Assembly (NCBI GenBank): GCA_023334545.1
Contig: JAADVB010000044.1
Coordinates: forward strand, 33,102 to 97,101
Length of the DNA stretch: 64,000 bases
From: Salisapilia sapeloensis CBS 127946
Taxonomy: Eukaryota > Protista > Oomycota
Reading direction: 5' to 3'
The position numbers and the translations under genes are program-made. The notes beneath the pieces were generated by a model, which saw only the letters and a program-made list of their open reading frames with translations, did no database searches and was not told the origin of the DNA. Every line of letters starts with the position of its first letter. Positions within the stretch are counted from its first letter, which is position 1. Shown here in pieces: positions 46,501 through 56,637 of the stretch.

Positions 46501-47927
46501 ATGGCGATGTTTGGACGAGTACAGGAAGCTTTGAGCCGTACGAATGGTTGTCATGTACTTCCTGCATTGGAGGCTCAGGCGTTGCCGATGTTTGGTGTCG
46601 GCGTTGTCGCGAAAGATCACATTCCGAAAGATACTTTAGTCTATCAAGCGAGTCAGGAGGCATGGGAACCGCTTTCAGCACAAGTTGCTCGACATGAGGC
46701 GAGCGTAAATGCTCCGGCTTTTATATCTCGACTAGATTCTTTGTTGCAAGCCAATCCATCCTTGAAACAGAGTGAGTTTATGTCGGATGGCCTTGTGCTA
46801 AGTTTGCAATTGCTCTTCGCTGCCGGTCAACCAGAGCAGAGTCAATTGCAAGACGCATACTTGGCATCATTGCCGACTTTTGTCGACTTGCCATTCTTTT
46901 GGGATGACAGGCAATTAGAAGAACTACAAGGTTGCACAGATGCAAAGCAAGCCATTCTTCAAGGGTACATTCTACATACGCATATATTCGTAGTATGTCT
47001 CTAAACAACAGCTATGCCCATCACAGCAATAAATTCTACTCCACCGTATACAAGCACTTGTTTGTCGGTATGGAATCTGTAGTGGACGCAGATGCCTTCA
47101 TGTGGGCCATTTCGATCCTCATGTCCCGAGCGACTTCCGGCAAGCAGCAGCCTTTTGCTCTTCTCCCATTCTTCGACTGGTTTAACCACTCTAACCAAGG
47201 GTATGTCTATAGCTGTCCTATTCAGTAGATCACTGTTATCATTGCTCTTTATCCAGGGATGAGTGTGTCCAAGAGTTTGATGCTACGAAAGGGTTTACAG
47301 TGCACACGACCAGGTCCTATGAACCTGGAGAACAGCTCTTCATCAGCTACGGCAACCACACAAATCTTCGCTTGCTCCGCAATTACGGATTCACAATACC
47401 ACGGAACCCACATGACATCGCTACGATGGAACTTTCTCACGCACTCCACCAGGTTTCACCGAATGACGCGGCTTTCGCGGAGAAAGCGACGTTACTCGAA
47501 GCACTCGGCGTAAATCCACGCAAGAAGAAGACTCATTTAGAGCTACTGCCTACTGGCAGGTTGACAAAAGAGTCTGAACTGTGGCTGCAGATTCTGTTGT
47601 CAACTTCAGATGAGCTACAGCAACTAGTTCATCAAGTCTCCGAAAATGACGTTACTTCGATCCGATTACCCACGTCATTATCTTCCAAAGTGTCTCAAAC
47701 AGTAAAGGAAGCAAGTCAGCAACAGCTTGAGCGCCATGCCACGACATTGGAGGTACTTTATAAGAAAAATAGCCATCAGGTAGTGTGCTTTACTCATGCG
47801 ATTGTAGGAGGACAAGAAGTTTGTAGCTGACCACGAGAGAGATATGGCAGCGTGGCTTCGTGCTTGTCTTTACTATCGAATAGGCCACAAGCAAAGTGTC
47901 GTGAATGCAAAGAAACAATACGAATAA
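46501..47927 (+). CDS. SET-domain protein-lysine methyltransferase (Rubisco-LSMT/SETD3-like), spliced
   Basis: GVGVVAKDHI, YLASLPTFVDLPFFW, FMWAISILMSR, LLPFFDWFNH, GEQLFISYGNHTNLRLLRNYGF. Confidence 0.88.
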
Positions 47928-47963
47928 AGACTTTGTCTTTAAAGCAATTGATTAGTGTTTCGT

Positions 47964-49667
47964 TTAATTGAAAATGTCCGTGGCGTGGTGTCCGTGGACA
48001 CGGAAGCGATAGAGGCATGTTCCGAATGGATTGCCGTAGTTGGATACGATTTCCAGTGTCATACCGTCCAGTTCCTAGCATCGCATTACGTTTCATCAAA
48101 AGGTCATTCCGTCTAAAATTGTACATACCTCTGGATGTGGTAGCTGGAAGGTCTGAATGGAAGATCCGCCACGCATGTACTCGAATTCACCCATAGGTAT
48201 AAAGTCTATGTGATTAACGTCGACCTTGATTCCCTATCCATGCCATCATGAAGAGTAAATACACTTTCAATCGTCTCATAAGCATAGTTAGTTCATACGA
48301 AGATTTTAAAATGTCGGGGGGCAGAGCTAAAGTTTGGTGTCAGATGCTCCGGAATGTGATCAATCGTTACGGCCTCTGTAACGACTGGATGACCGAAGCG
48401 GATTGACAATCTTCCATGAGCACCACGCATGCTCCAGCAAGTGCCGAGTTCATAGGATTCCTGTAGACATGCTTTAGAGCTACTTCTTATGTCTTTACAA
48501 GATGAGACGTACGGAGAGAGCTGTTTCTGGGTACTGGTTTTCCTTGACGATGGTAGTCGTCGGACCAAAGAAAGAATTGACGTATTTTCGCGTTGTCGAG
48601 TACAAGGAAGCAGATGTAAAGTTGCTACTCGGCAGATCGTGAAGCAGTTTGTCTGCTATTCGCTTCGCCCAGACTAGATGATCCCAACCTACTTTTGGCA
48701 TCAAGTCCCTATTGATGACAGAATTAAGTTTGTATGATCCTATATGTACAAAAGTAGAAAATGCGTACGATTGAGATCGTACAACAGATGCACCGTTGAC
48801 TAGCAAAGCGTAGTCTACACGGTCATAAAGCTGCTGTGCTTGCGACACATCCCTTTGGCGTGGTACATGCTGGCTGTCTTGCATCTGCTGGTCCTTCATC
48901 CTTGCCACTTCGACTAGAGCACTCTTCACTTCACCCAAAAGCATCTTGGTCTCGTCTCGAATTTGCATGGCTGTAGCAATTTGTTTCTCCATTTCCGCTT
49001 GGTAGGAAAGATAGGCTTGCTTCTGAGCTGCGGTAATACTCGCGCTGTCACTGTCGAGATGAAACCCAGACGCTGGATGCATACCAAGGTACGCTGACGG
49101 ATTTTGGTTGCATAAGAAGTACAGGCAGATGCCTATAAGTACGACAAAGAAGGAGGTGGTGGCGACCTGTACCATCGTTTTTTCTTCTGTAGAGCGGCGC
49201 ACGCCTCGCAATGGACGCATCTATTGAGCATAAGTGCTATATTAACTTGTATAGTGTACACGTAGATGTAGTGTGCGTACCATGCTCCAACCTTTTGGTA
49301 CTCTGATGGAATGTAATATATGCAGTAGCTTGTCTATCGTACAAAGTAAGCATACATCGTCACTTCAATCCGTCTATGCAGTACCTTTTACACCAAGTTT
49401 CTCATCAGGAGGTAGATCAAATATAGCAGACGATTGCATTGCTCTAAACTTATCCAGCACTTCGCTATCATCTTCTTTTAGACTCTCAAGCTCATTCGCG
49501 AGTTCCTCTCGACTCTCTTCTTCCTCCTCCTCTTCCTCTTCCTCTTCCTCCTCCAAATCGCTATCAACGTTTTCACTAGTTAATGAGTCTGTATACTCTT
49601 CATCTTCTTCCTCTCCATCCGGTAACGCATCTCCATACAAGACCTCGAACGTCCCGTCATCCGCCAT
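47964..49667 (-). CDS. SUN-domain nuclear envelope protein with acidic N-terminus, multi-exon
   Basis: Exon MADDG...(poly-E) joins in frame via introns 49334-49384 and 49221-49280 to the TM/coiled-coil exon; DYALLVNGASVV, VTIDHIP...SSAPRHF, LEIVSNYGNPFGTCLYRFRVHG. Confidence 0.88.
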
Positions 49668-49683
49668 TTGAACAGAAAAACTA

Positions 49684-50033
49684 CAGTAGTGCACCCGAAT
49701 AGTGCACCATATCAAACTTAATATCCTGACAAATTTAATAAAAATCGATTATCGGAGGATTTGGCTTCATATATAAGAGGTTGAGCAAGATGCGGATTTA
49801 GGATCGGCTAAGGAAGTATCTATCTGTGATTTTCGTACTTGTGCTTTGCATTGCCAAACTACAAGTGCACGGAGCTCCTGGATATCTTTTAAAGAAAATA
49901 TCGTGGCTTCTCTGCTGATCATTTTTATCGAATTAGATTAATAATTTTATTCGATTCTATCTATCTCCCCAATATTTTATATACCTTCGTATATCAATTG
50001 CTCCGTGAAGTGCACTATTCGGGTGCACTACTG
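49684..50033. mobile_element. MITE / non-autonomous Tc1-mariner-pogo-like element (350 bp)
   Basis: Perfect 24-bp TIRs CAGTAGTGCACCCGAATAGTGCAC (49684-49707 and 50010-50033) flanked by TA on both sides; AT-rich non-coding interior. Confidence 0.92.
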
Positions 50034-51031
50034 TACGAAAGTTGGCTTAAAAATAGATGAGTTATGTGGCAGTATTGTCATTTTCGTTTAAATTTATCGA
50101 CTACCGGGTATTCTAAGCGAAAACGAAAGAGCACTGGCATCCATACTGGTCTCCAGTATGTGCTCTACAATATATGGGTGTAGACGGCTACGCATATCTG
50201 CAGCACATGTGCTGCATAGCTTTCCGTCCACATGAATCCCTGCAATATCGCCGACATCCACTTTTTCGTATGTATATCTCCAATCGTCCCGTTTTAGCGC
50301 TCGCGTATCTCCGCTCCGTGCATCTTCTGCTGTTCATTTCGGTCGTCGAAATGTCCATTGTTAGCTGCCTTCGTATGTCGACTCCTTCAGGTTGCTTTGC
50401 CAGATTTGTTAAATGCAAGACATTTCAGTCATAATTTGAGCTCCCTCTGGTTGACCGGCACACGTTAGTGAAGAAGTGACCTCCAGGATGACCCGGCTTC
50501 CCTGGAGGTCTTGTAAATTGAGCGTGGGTTGCTTCTGTTCGGTTGCGCGCTGTGGGGATCGGAGAATGGGCAGTTTTGTTCAAGGCTTGAAAGTAAGAGC
50601 GGATGTGACATCAAGCTCAAAAGGTAGCCGAAAGGTCCGAGATGACTACGGCGGATATATGTAGCTAGAGAAGATGAGATAGGAAACAAGTAAGAATTGG
50701 CACTGTCGAACGCGAAAAGTCTTTAAACTGCAGTCAATTCACTCCTCCATCCATTGCCCTTCAAAATATGCTGTGAATCCGATAAGGTTCTCTTACTGCT
50801 ATCGTTCCGAGAGCTGCTCCGCAAAGTCCTCTTCGTATTCGATTTCTCGGTAATTCATTTTTGGCAGTCTAAAATATACATTTAAGAGGTCTGGCAATTT
50901 AAGTCTGGCGATTCAATGAACCGTTATAGGAAAGTTGGAGGTGAACCGTTATCTCATTTCTTGTCAAAAATGGCTACTTGTCAAGTCATCAATGTCATTA
51001 CATTTGTATGTCTTCTAAGACAAATGTAAAC

Positions 51032-51090
51032 GTTGAAGGTTTAAGGTCTAAAGTTGAAGGTTTAAGGCCTAAAGTGTAAGGTTTAGAGGT
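51032..51090 (+). repeat. 21-bp tandem repeat, about 2.8 copies
   Basis: GTTGAAGGTTTAAGGTCTAAA / GTTGAAGGTTTAAGGCCTAAA / GTGTAAGGTTTAGAGGT. Confidence 0.85.
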
Positions 51091-51124
51091 ATTCGAAGAC
51101 CACGAAAACCGCAGTCCGTCGAAA

Positions 51125-53127
51125 ATGGAGAGCAGAGCACCCAAGCGCAGGCATGGTGACAGCTCCGAGGACACTGTTACGGTCATGGGAGAAGAGGAGA
51201 TGAAGCCAATGGACGTGTCTCCTGAAGACGATCCGCATCAGAACGAAAGGGGTGATCTCGACTCTCCGTCCGGTAGCCTCAAACGCAAGCACGAGCAGGA
51301 CTCGGATGAAGGTGATGATACTGAGACAGAGGCGGAGGCCATGGCAGCATCATTGGAAGCAGCGCAGGATGCCAATATGAACAATGTAGCGAATGTAGAT
51401 GGCACTCCTCTCGTCACTTGTCCGCCACTAGACCAGCGATTTGATTCGTGGGAAGACTTCCATCGTGCCATGGGCGCCTACTTGACGGCGACGCATCAGC
51501 CCATGCGTCTACGGACCTCCGACTCTGCTCGTGCAGTCAACTCTCGTGCTGCAAAGCGTAATAGTACTAAAGTACCGATCGATGAAAGCGTCGGGTTTGT
51601 CAAAAAGCTCTACTTGTGTACGCATGGCGTCAAGACGAAGCCTCGTGGTAAAGGCAAACGACCTCGTCAGCACTATCGATACCGTGGTTGTCCAGCAATG
51701 ATTCGTGCGAGTATCTCGGAACGCAAGGCAGATGAAGGTCCAGGTAAAAGCAAGTACGTCGTCCGTGTCGTGGCACAGATCAATAAGCACAACCACAACT
51801 TGAGCGAGCACTTGTTTAAGTCGTATGCGGACAACCGCGTCGTGATTGATGAAGAGCTAGGTACCCAAGGCAATCCGTACCCACCGCCAGAGTCGTCCAT
51901 GTCTGCCCATCCGCATCTAGGCCCGAGTATGTCATCTGCCATGGACCACATGCCACCAGGCGTGAACTCTGGACTAGATGACCAGCCATTCCGTGCCACT
52001 CGTACGTCTTACCGATCTATTTAACCAAATACTATAGCTAAGTTGTTTTGTCTCAACAGCGCTCGTGCAGCCGACGCAAGACGAGTTAGATGCGTCTCGA
52101 ATCAAGCATAAAGTCGGATGGATCGGCACGGGGATCATGGGCAACAGCATGTGTGGACACCTCATCGTAGGGCTTAAGACGTTTCTAGTAAAGACAAGGT
52201 GCTGATGATTGTGTATTAGGATCAAGGGTATGAAGTGACAGTGTACAATCGGACTTTAAGCAAGTGTGAACACTTGCGAAGTAAAGGAGCAGTCGTAGTC
52301 GACTCTCCAGCTGCCGTGGCACAGGTATCGGACATTGTCTTTGTCATCGTCGGTTATCCGAGTGATGTCCGGACGGTCGTACTCGATCCACACACAGGTG
52401 CGCTTCCGTTTATGAAGAAGGACAGCATCCTTGTGGACATGACGACGAGCGAGCCTTCTCTCGCAAAGGAGATTGACTCTGCTGCTCGATCTCGAGGCGT
52501 GAAAGCACTTGATGCACCTGTGTCTGGTGGAGACGTCGGCGCTCGACAAGGTACGCTGTCCATCATGATCGGAGGAGACGTCACGGCCGTGTACGAGACG
52601 ATGCCACTCTTCAGTCTCATGGGGAAGAACATTCGGCATCAAGGACCTGCCGGTGCCGGGCAGCACACGAAGATGGTGAACCAGATTTTGATCGCGACCA
52701 ACATGATTGGTGTCGTGGAAGGACTGTTGTATGCGAAGCGTAGTGGGTTGGACATGAACGAAACGATTGCGTGTGTGAGTGCTGGCGCCGCCGGTTCGTG
52801 GTCCATTAGCAATCTCGGCCCTCGGATCGCCAAGCGAGACTTTAACCCTGGTTTCATCGTCGAGCACTTTATCAAGGACATGGGCATCGCTTTAACTGAG
52901 GCAGAGCGGATGAAATTATCCTTACCAGGTCTAGCGCTCGCGAAGCAGTTGTATGTAGCGTTGCAAGCACAAGGTCAAGGGCGTATGGGTACGCAAGCTC
53001 TGATGTTAGCGTTGGAACAACTGAATGGTATGTCCATGAGATGTGGTGTTGATGACATGATGTTGATGATCTAGTAGGTATGTCAACGGTGGATGCACGA
53101 AGCAATTTGGATTTGGTAGATTTGTGA
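51125..53127 (+). CDS. Predicted fusion: MULE-type (WRKY/GCM1, ZSWIM3-N-like) zinc DNA-binding domain + beta-hydroxyacid dehydrogenase (3-hydroxyisobutyrate/6PGD-like), 613 aa
   Basis: Exons 51125-52001, 52060-52166, 52220-53027, 53078-53127 keep frame; DBD FDSWEDF..LCTHG..GCPA..HNH; enzyme VGWIGTGIMG, DAPVSGG, GQHTKMVNQ. Both domains are secure; the fusion depends on intron 52002-52059. Confidence 0.8.
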
Positions 53128-53193
53128 AGAGAGAGACAAGAATGCTTTTTTTCACAATCCACTTTTTGTTTCCTTGTCAAGTATAAATGTGGT

Positions 53194-53817
53194 TTAAAGG
53201 TCTGGCAAATCTTCCATCGGGGCACTGCTGACGGTTCGAGTGGTAAAGTAGACGAACGCTTGGAGCGTCGCGACGAGGACGTTGTAGAGGACGATGAACT
53301 TGGTCCAGCCTGCGTACGGGTACGTTTGACAGCACAGCACGGCAAAGAAGAGGATCGTAGCTGCTCGCCCGAGGTAGTTACCGAGGAATGGGAAGTATGC
53401 TTCGATACTGACGCCGTAGACGATGCTCTTGAGGTCGAACATGACGACGACGGCACCAAAGGCCATCGTGTAGAGTCCTAATAGCACCGAAGCGAGCGAG
53501 TAGTGGATGAGCATGGCAAAGCCCTGGATGACCGTAAGAGCAGCGGAGAGGGTATAGAGTCCACCAAAGACTACATCGATCGTAGACGGGTTATCGCCAC
53601 TATCGTTCGTGTCATTTCGAACATGGCCACTCCAGCCGTCGTCCGGATGATTGTATCGAACGTTCGCATACGGATGGACATTGGGTTTCTTAAAGTCATC
53701 TTGCTTCTCCTGTTTCTCTTCCTCTTCACCATCGAGGGATCTACGCTCCTGATCATGCCCATGCTCCTCCTCGCTGCTCACGAGAGGCTGCTTAAGCTCT
53801 TCCTCCGACGCGTCCAT
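53194..53817 (-). CDS. COPI-associated / Tvp15-like Golgi membrane protein
   Basis: Four TM segments with LGLYTMAFGAVVVMFD and YFPFLGNYLGRAATILF; acidic N-terminus from MDASEEE. Confidence 0.75.
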   Translation of the reverse strand: MDASEEELKQPLVSSEEEHGHDQERRSLDGEEEEKQEKQDDFKKPNVHPYANVRYNHPDDGWSGHVRNDTNDSGDNPSTIDVVFGGLYTLSAALTVIQGFAMLIHYSLASVLLGLYTMAFGAVVVMFDLKSIVYGVSIEAYFPFLGNYLGRAATILFFAVLCCQTYPYAGWTKFIVLYNVLVATLQAFVYFTTRTVSSAPMEDLPDL

Positions 53818-53971
53818 TTCTGATTCTTCCAAAATAACTCGTGTGAAGTGGTGGTAAGGACGTCTGAAGTGGCGATAGACACCTAATAGCAGAGGGAGAA
53901 CAGCTACACGTTCCGACCGCTTAGTACGTGCCAAGAATTGACTGAAAGACTTTAATAGTGTACGTTTAGAC

Positions 53972-56473
53972 GTGATGGGATGCTGTCGAGGCGTGAATGT
54001 CCAGCTATTGCTGCTGGTTGCATGTGCCATGGTCGACTATGCGTCGCATACAGTCATGCTCATCCTCGCGCCGCAAATCGCTCTACACTTTTATCCGACC
54101 ACATCGTACGCTCGAGTCGGATTCTATACGGCCTTGTTGTCCGGAGCTGGATTTCTCGGTCATGCATTTAGCTGTCGACCCTGGATCCAGATCGCCAAGT
54201 CCGTACGTAGTGCACAAGGCGTTATTCTATGGGGTCTCGCCGTCCTCGGCGTTGGCTTCTTGAGTCTACTCTTTTGCCAGAGCCTTCTCGCCATGACACT
54301 CGTGCGGTTTGCTACTGGTCTCTTTAGTGGTGTGCTGCCTGTTGCATTAATCGAGATTGACTCTATCTGTGGCAATCGACAGTCCCACTTGGCAGCTTGT
54401 AGCAAGTACATTGGCATTCTCTTCGCTGCGTCCATGACGTACTCTTTGATCTCTCTCACAGGCAAATTGACACCACCCGAGTCCGTACAGCAAGATACCT
54501 CGACGTCCGGATCGACTGCTCATGTAGCTTTTAGTGATGCATCTCTGTACTTTTATCCGCTTTGCTTTGTCTCGATGTTTGCATGGGTCGCTGTCGTCTT
54601 CGTAGTCCTGTCCATGGGCTTTCAACGTGGTCCATCCAACTACGTCCACCTTCATGGTGAAGATGGAGATAGCGACACTGCCGAGGAGGATAGTATCACT
54701 TCTAAAACAACCTCCGTGGACAATGAGCATGCGACGAAAGAAGCACCAACGAGACCTTTAGATCGAGTGAAGACGGCTATAAACGACACATTCCGTCGGA
54801 CATTGCGTGCGGCTGGAGCAAAGCCTGTGATATGGGAACCTCAGCCACACTTTCGAGCGATTCGTGCCATCATACCGCACTACTTGCACGGTTACACGGA
54901 CGATGGGCATGTGATCGTATGGGAGTTCCTAGGTCAGATTCATATGGACAAGCTAGCAAACTCTGGCTTCACGACTGTCGATTTGCGTGACCACTATCGT
55001 TTTCTCTTACAATTCGCGGTCGAAAGACTACTCAAGTCGAACTCGCAGAAGATTGTATACGTTGTCGATTTAGACGGATTGACACTCATGGATGCAGATG
55101 ATCGTGTAGTGGAAAGTGCCATCTCCGTGGCACAAGACTTGCTTGTCAAGTTCCCGGATAAACTATTGAAACTAGTGATTCTGAACAAACCTGTCTGGTT
55201 CTCCCAAGTCATGACACGCGTGCGTCCACATCTACCGAAGAAGACGGCGAATAAGATCACGTTTGTTTCCAAGAAGAATATGTCGAGTGAGCTATTGGAA
55301 CTTATCGGAGCAGATAGTCTACCACGGGGTTATGGTGGATCGAATGGCGTCGAGATGGGTAAGAGCAGTCAAGAGCGGATGTTGGATGAGTTGTTGCGTG
55401 AAACCACTGGATCTCTAGAAGAGACAGTGGAGCTCGTGAGTACGCGTCATCGCGCAGGTAGTCTATCACGCGGTACGGACGACGAGAGTGACGAAGAAGC
55501 TTTCTTCGACTCGCTTGAGTTTGGTCTTCCGGATGATGAAGAGGAAGAAGACATCAGTGGAAAGGTCACGTCTCCTGTGGAAGAAACCGCTGTCATCCAC
55601 TCGCAGACTGCCACGGAGACTTCTCCTGTGTCGCGTAAGAAGTGTCTTTCGAAGACATCTCCGAAGCGTGGTCGCAAGGCACCTGCTCCGTCTCGCAACG
55701 GATATCAGCATGTGATCAATGTCGATCCTCTTGTGGCGGATCTAGAGTCTGCTCATGACATTGCGATTACTAGTGAACCACATGCGTGCCTTATTCTTGG
55801 CGTCTATTTCCTATGGGCACTGCTGCAAATGTGCTTTGACGAGATTCTACCGCTGTGGTTCTTTAAACGCAGCACTGTTGTCGAATCTGCTCCGTTACCT
55901 CTTGCATCTTTGCCTCATTCCGACTCACCGTCTGTGTCGGCTATTACGCTGACAGTGGCGGAGAGTATGGCACTGATGGCACTTGGTGTATTGGTAGCTC
56001 AGCTTTGTTCATGTGCCTTTTCATCAAGCGTCATGACACCCCTCGCAACACTTCGACTCGGATTACTGATCCAAATCCCCATCATTGGCTGTTTTCCTCT
56101 CATCAAGCTCCTTCATGCAGATGAGCTATCCTTTGCATGGGCAATCGTCCTCGTCGTGTTGATTATAAAAAACATGGCGGAAGGCATTTCACTGCATGGT
56201 CTCCTGGCGTTACTCGACAACTCGATTCCAGTGGATCGACGCATCGCAGTTAATCGAGCAGTCCAATTGGTTTCGTACGTGGCACAATTTGTAGCTGGAA
56301 GTGGTGGTCCGCTCGTATTCGCTTTACTCGGGTACTTTGACCGGGAATTTCCATTGGATCAGAGTCTGTTATACTTTCTCCAAGCACTTGGTCTCATCCT
56401 GCTCTTCCTCTTTTCGTTCTTAATTCCAAGTCGACTTAACTTTCCAATGCTCTTTGCCATGGGGAAAAGATAA
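53972..56473 (+). CDS. MFS transporter (ZIFL1-like) with CRAL-TRIO/Sec14 domain inserted in the central loop
   Basis: Single 833-aa ORF: 6 TM (RVGFYTALL..VRFATGLF), CRAL-TRIO (HYLHGYTDDG..VVDLDGL..FPDKLLKLVILNKP..LPRGYGG), acidic FFAT-like motif, then a second 6-TM bundle (DEILPLW..GPLVFA). Confidence 0.88.
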   Translation: MMGCCRGVNVQLLLLVACAMVDYASHTVMLILAPQIALHFYPTTSYARVGFYTALLSGAGFLGHAFSCRPWIQIAKSVRSAQGVILWGLAVLGVGFLSLLFCQSLLAMTLVRFATGLFSGVLPVALIEIDSICGNRQSHLAACSKYIGILFAASMTYSLISLTGKLTPPESVQQDTSTSGSTAHVAFSDASLYFYPLCFVSMFAWVAVVFVVLSMGFQRGPSNYVHLHGEDGDSDTAEEDSITSKTTSVDNEHATKEAPTRPLDRVKTAINDTFRRTLRAAGAKPVIWEPQPHFRAIRAIIPHYLHGYTDDGHVIVWEFLGQIHMDKLANSGFTTVDLRDHYRFLLQFAVERLLKSNSQKIVYVVDLDGLTLMDADDRVVESAISVAQDLLVKFPDKLLKLVILNKPVWFSQVMTRVRPHLPKKTANKITFVSKKNMSSELLELIGADSLPRGYGGSNGVEMGKSSQERMLDELLRETTGSLEETVELVSTRHRAGSLSRGTDDESDEEAFFDSLEFGLPDDEEEEDISGKVTSPVEETAVIHSQTATETSPVSRKKCLSKTSPKRGRKAPAPSRNGYQHVINVDPLVADLESAHDIAITSEPHACLILGVYFLWALLQMCFDEILPLWFFKRSTVVESAPLPLASLPHSDSPSVSAITLTVAESMALMALGVLVAQLCSCAFSSSVMTPLATLRLGLLIQIPIIGCFPLIKLLHADELSFAWAIVLVVLIIKNMAEGISLHGLLALLDNSIPVDRRIAVNRAVQLVSYVAQFVAGSGGPLVFALLGYFDREFPLDQSLLYFLQALGLILLFLFSFLIPSRLNFPMLFAMGKR

Positions 56474-56637
56474 CAAGTAGATGCAGATAGGTATGACGTA
56501 TGAACACGACTCTATTCGTCGAGATTGAATATGCTTTCGTTTGGAAGTCCAACATGTTTTTCTTCTTTATTCTGCTTCAAAACCAAATGAACCACGCACA
56601 GCACGTATGCTCTAGTCCGATCTATAAGCTCTTTGTT

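Noticed and set aside
49510-49555. (TCT/TCC)n run considered as a microsatellite or CRISPR-like array
   Set aside because: It is the poly-Glu coding tract of SUN exon 1; no CRISPR arrays or prokaryotic operon features are present in the window
50199-50216. 18-bp palindrome considered as a Helitron 3' hairpin
   Set aside because: No CTRR terminus at the expected distance on either strand
50478-50510. 10-bp perfect inverted repeat GACCTCCAGG/CCTGGAGGTC, plus nearby GAAAGGTCCGAG (RNase P CR-I-like) and a U2-like TCTCGGACCTTTCGGCTA on the minus strand
   Set aside because: No matching CR-V/P4 partner, no U2 branch-pairing GTGTAGTA and no SECIS core; isolated short resemblances
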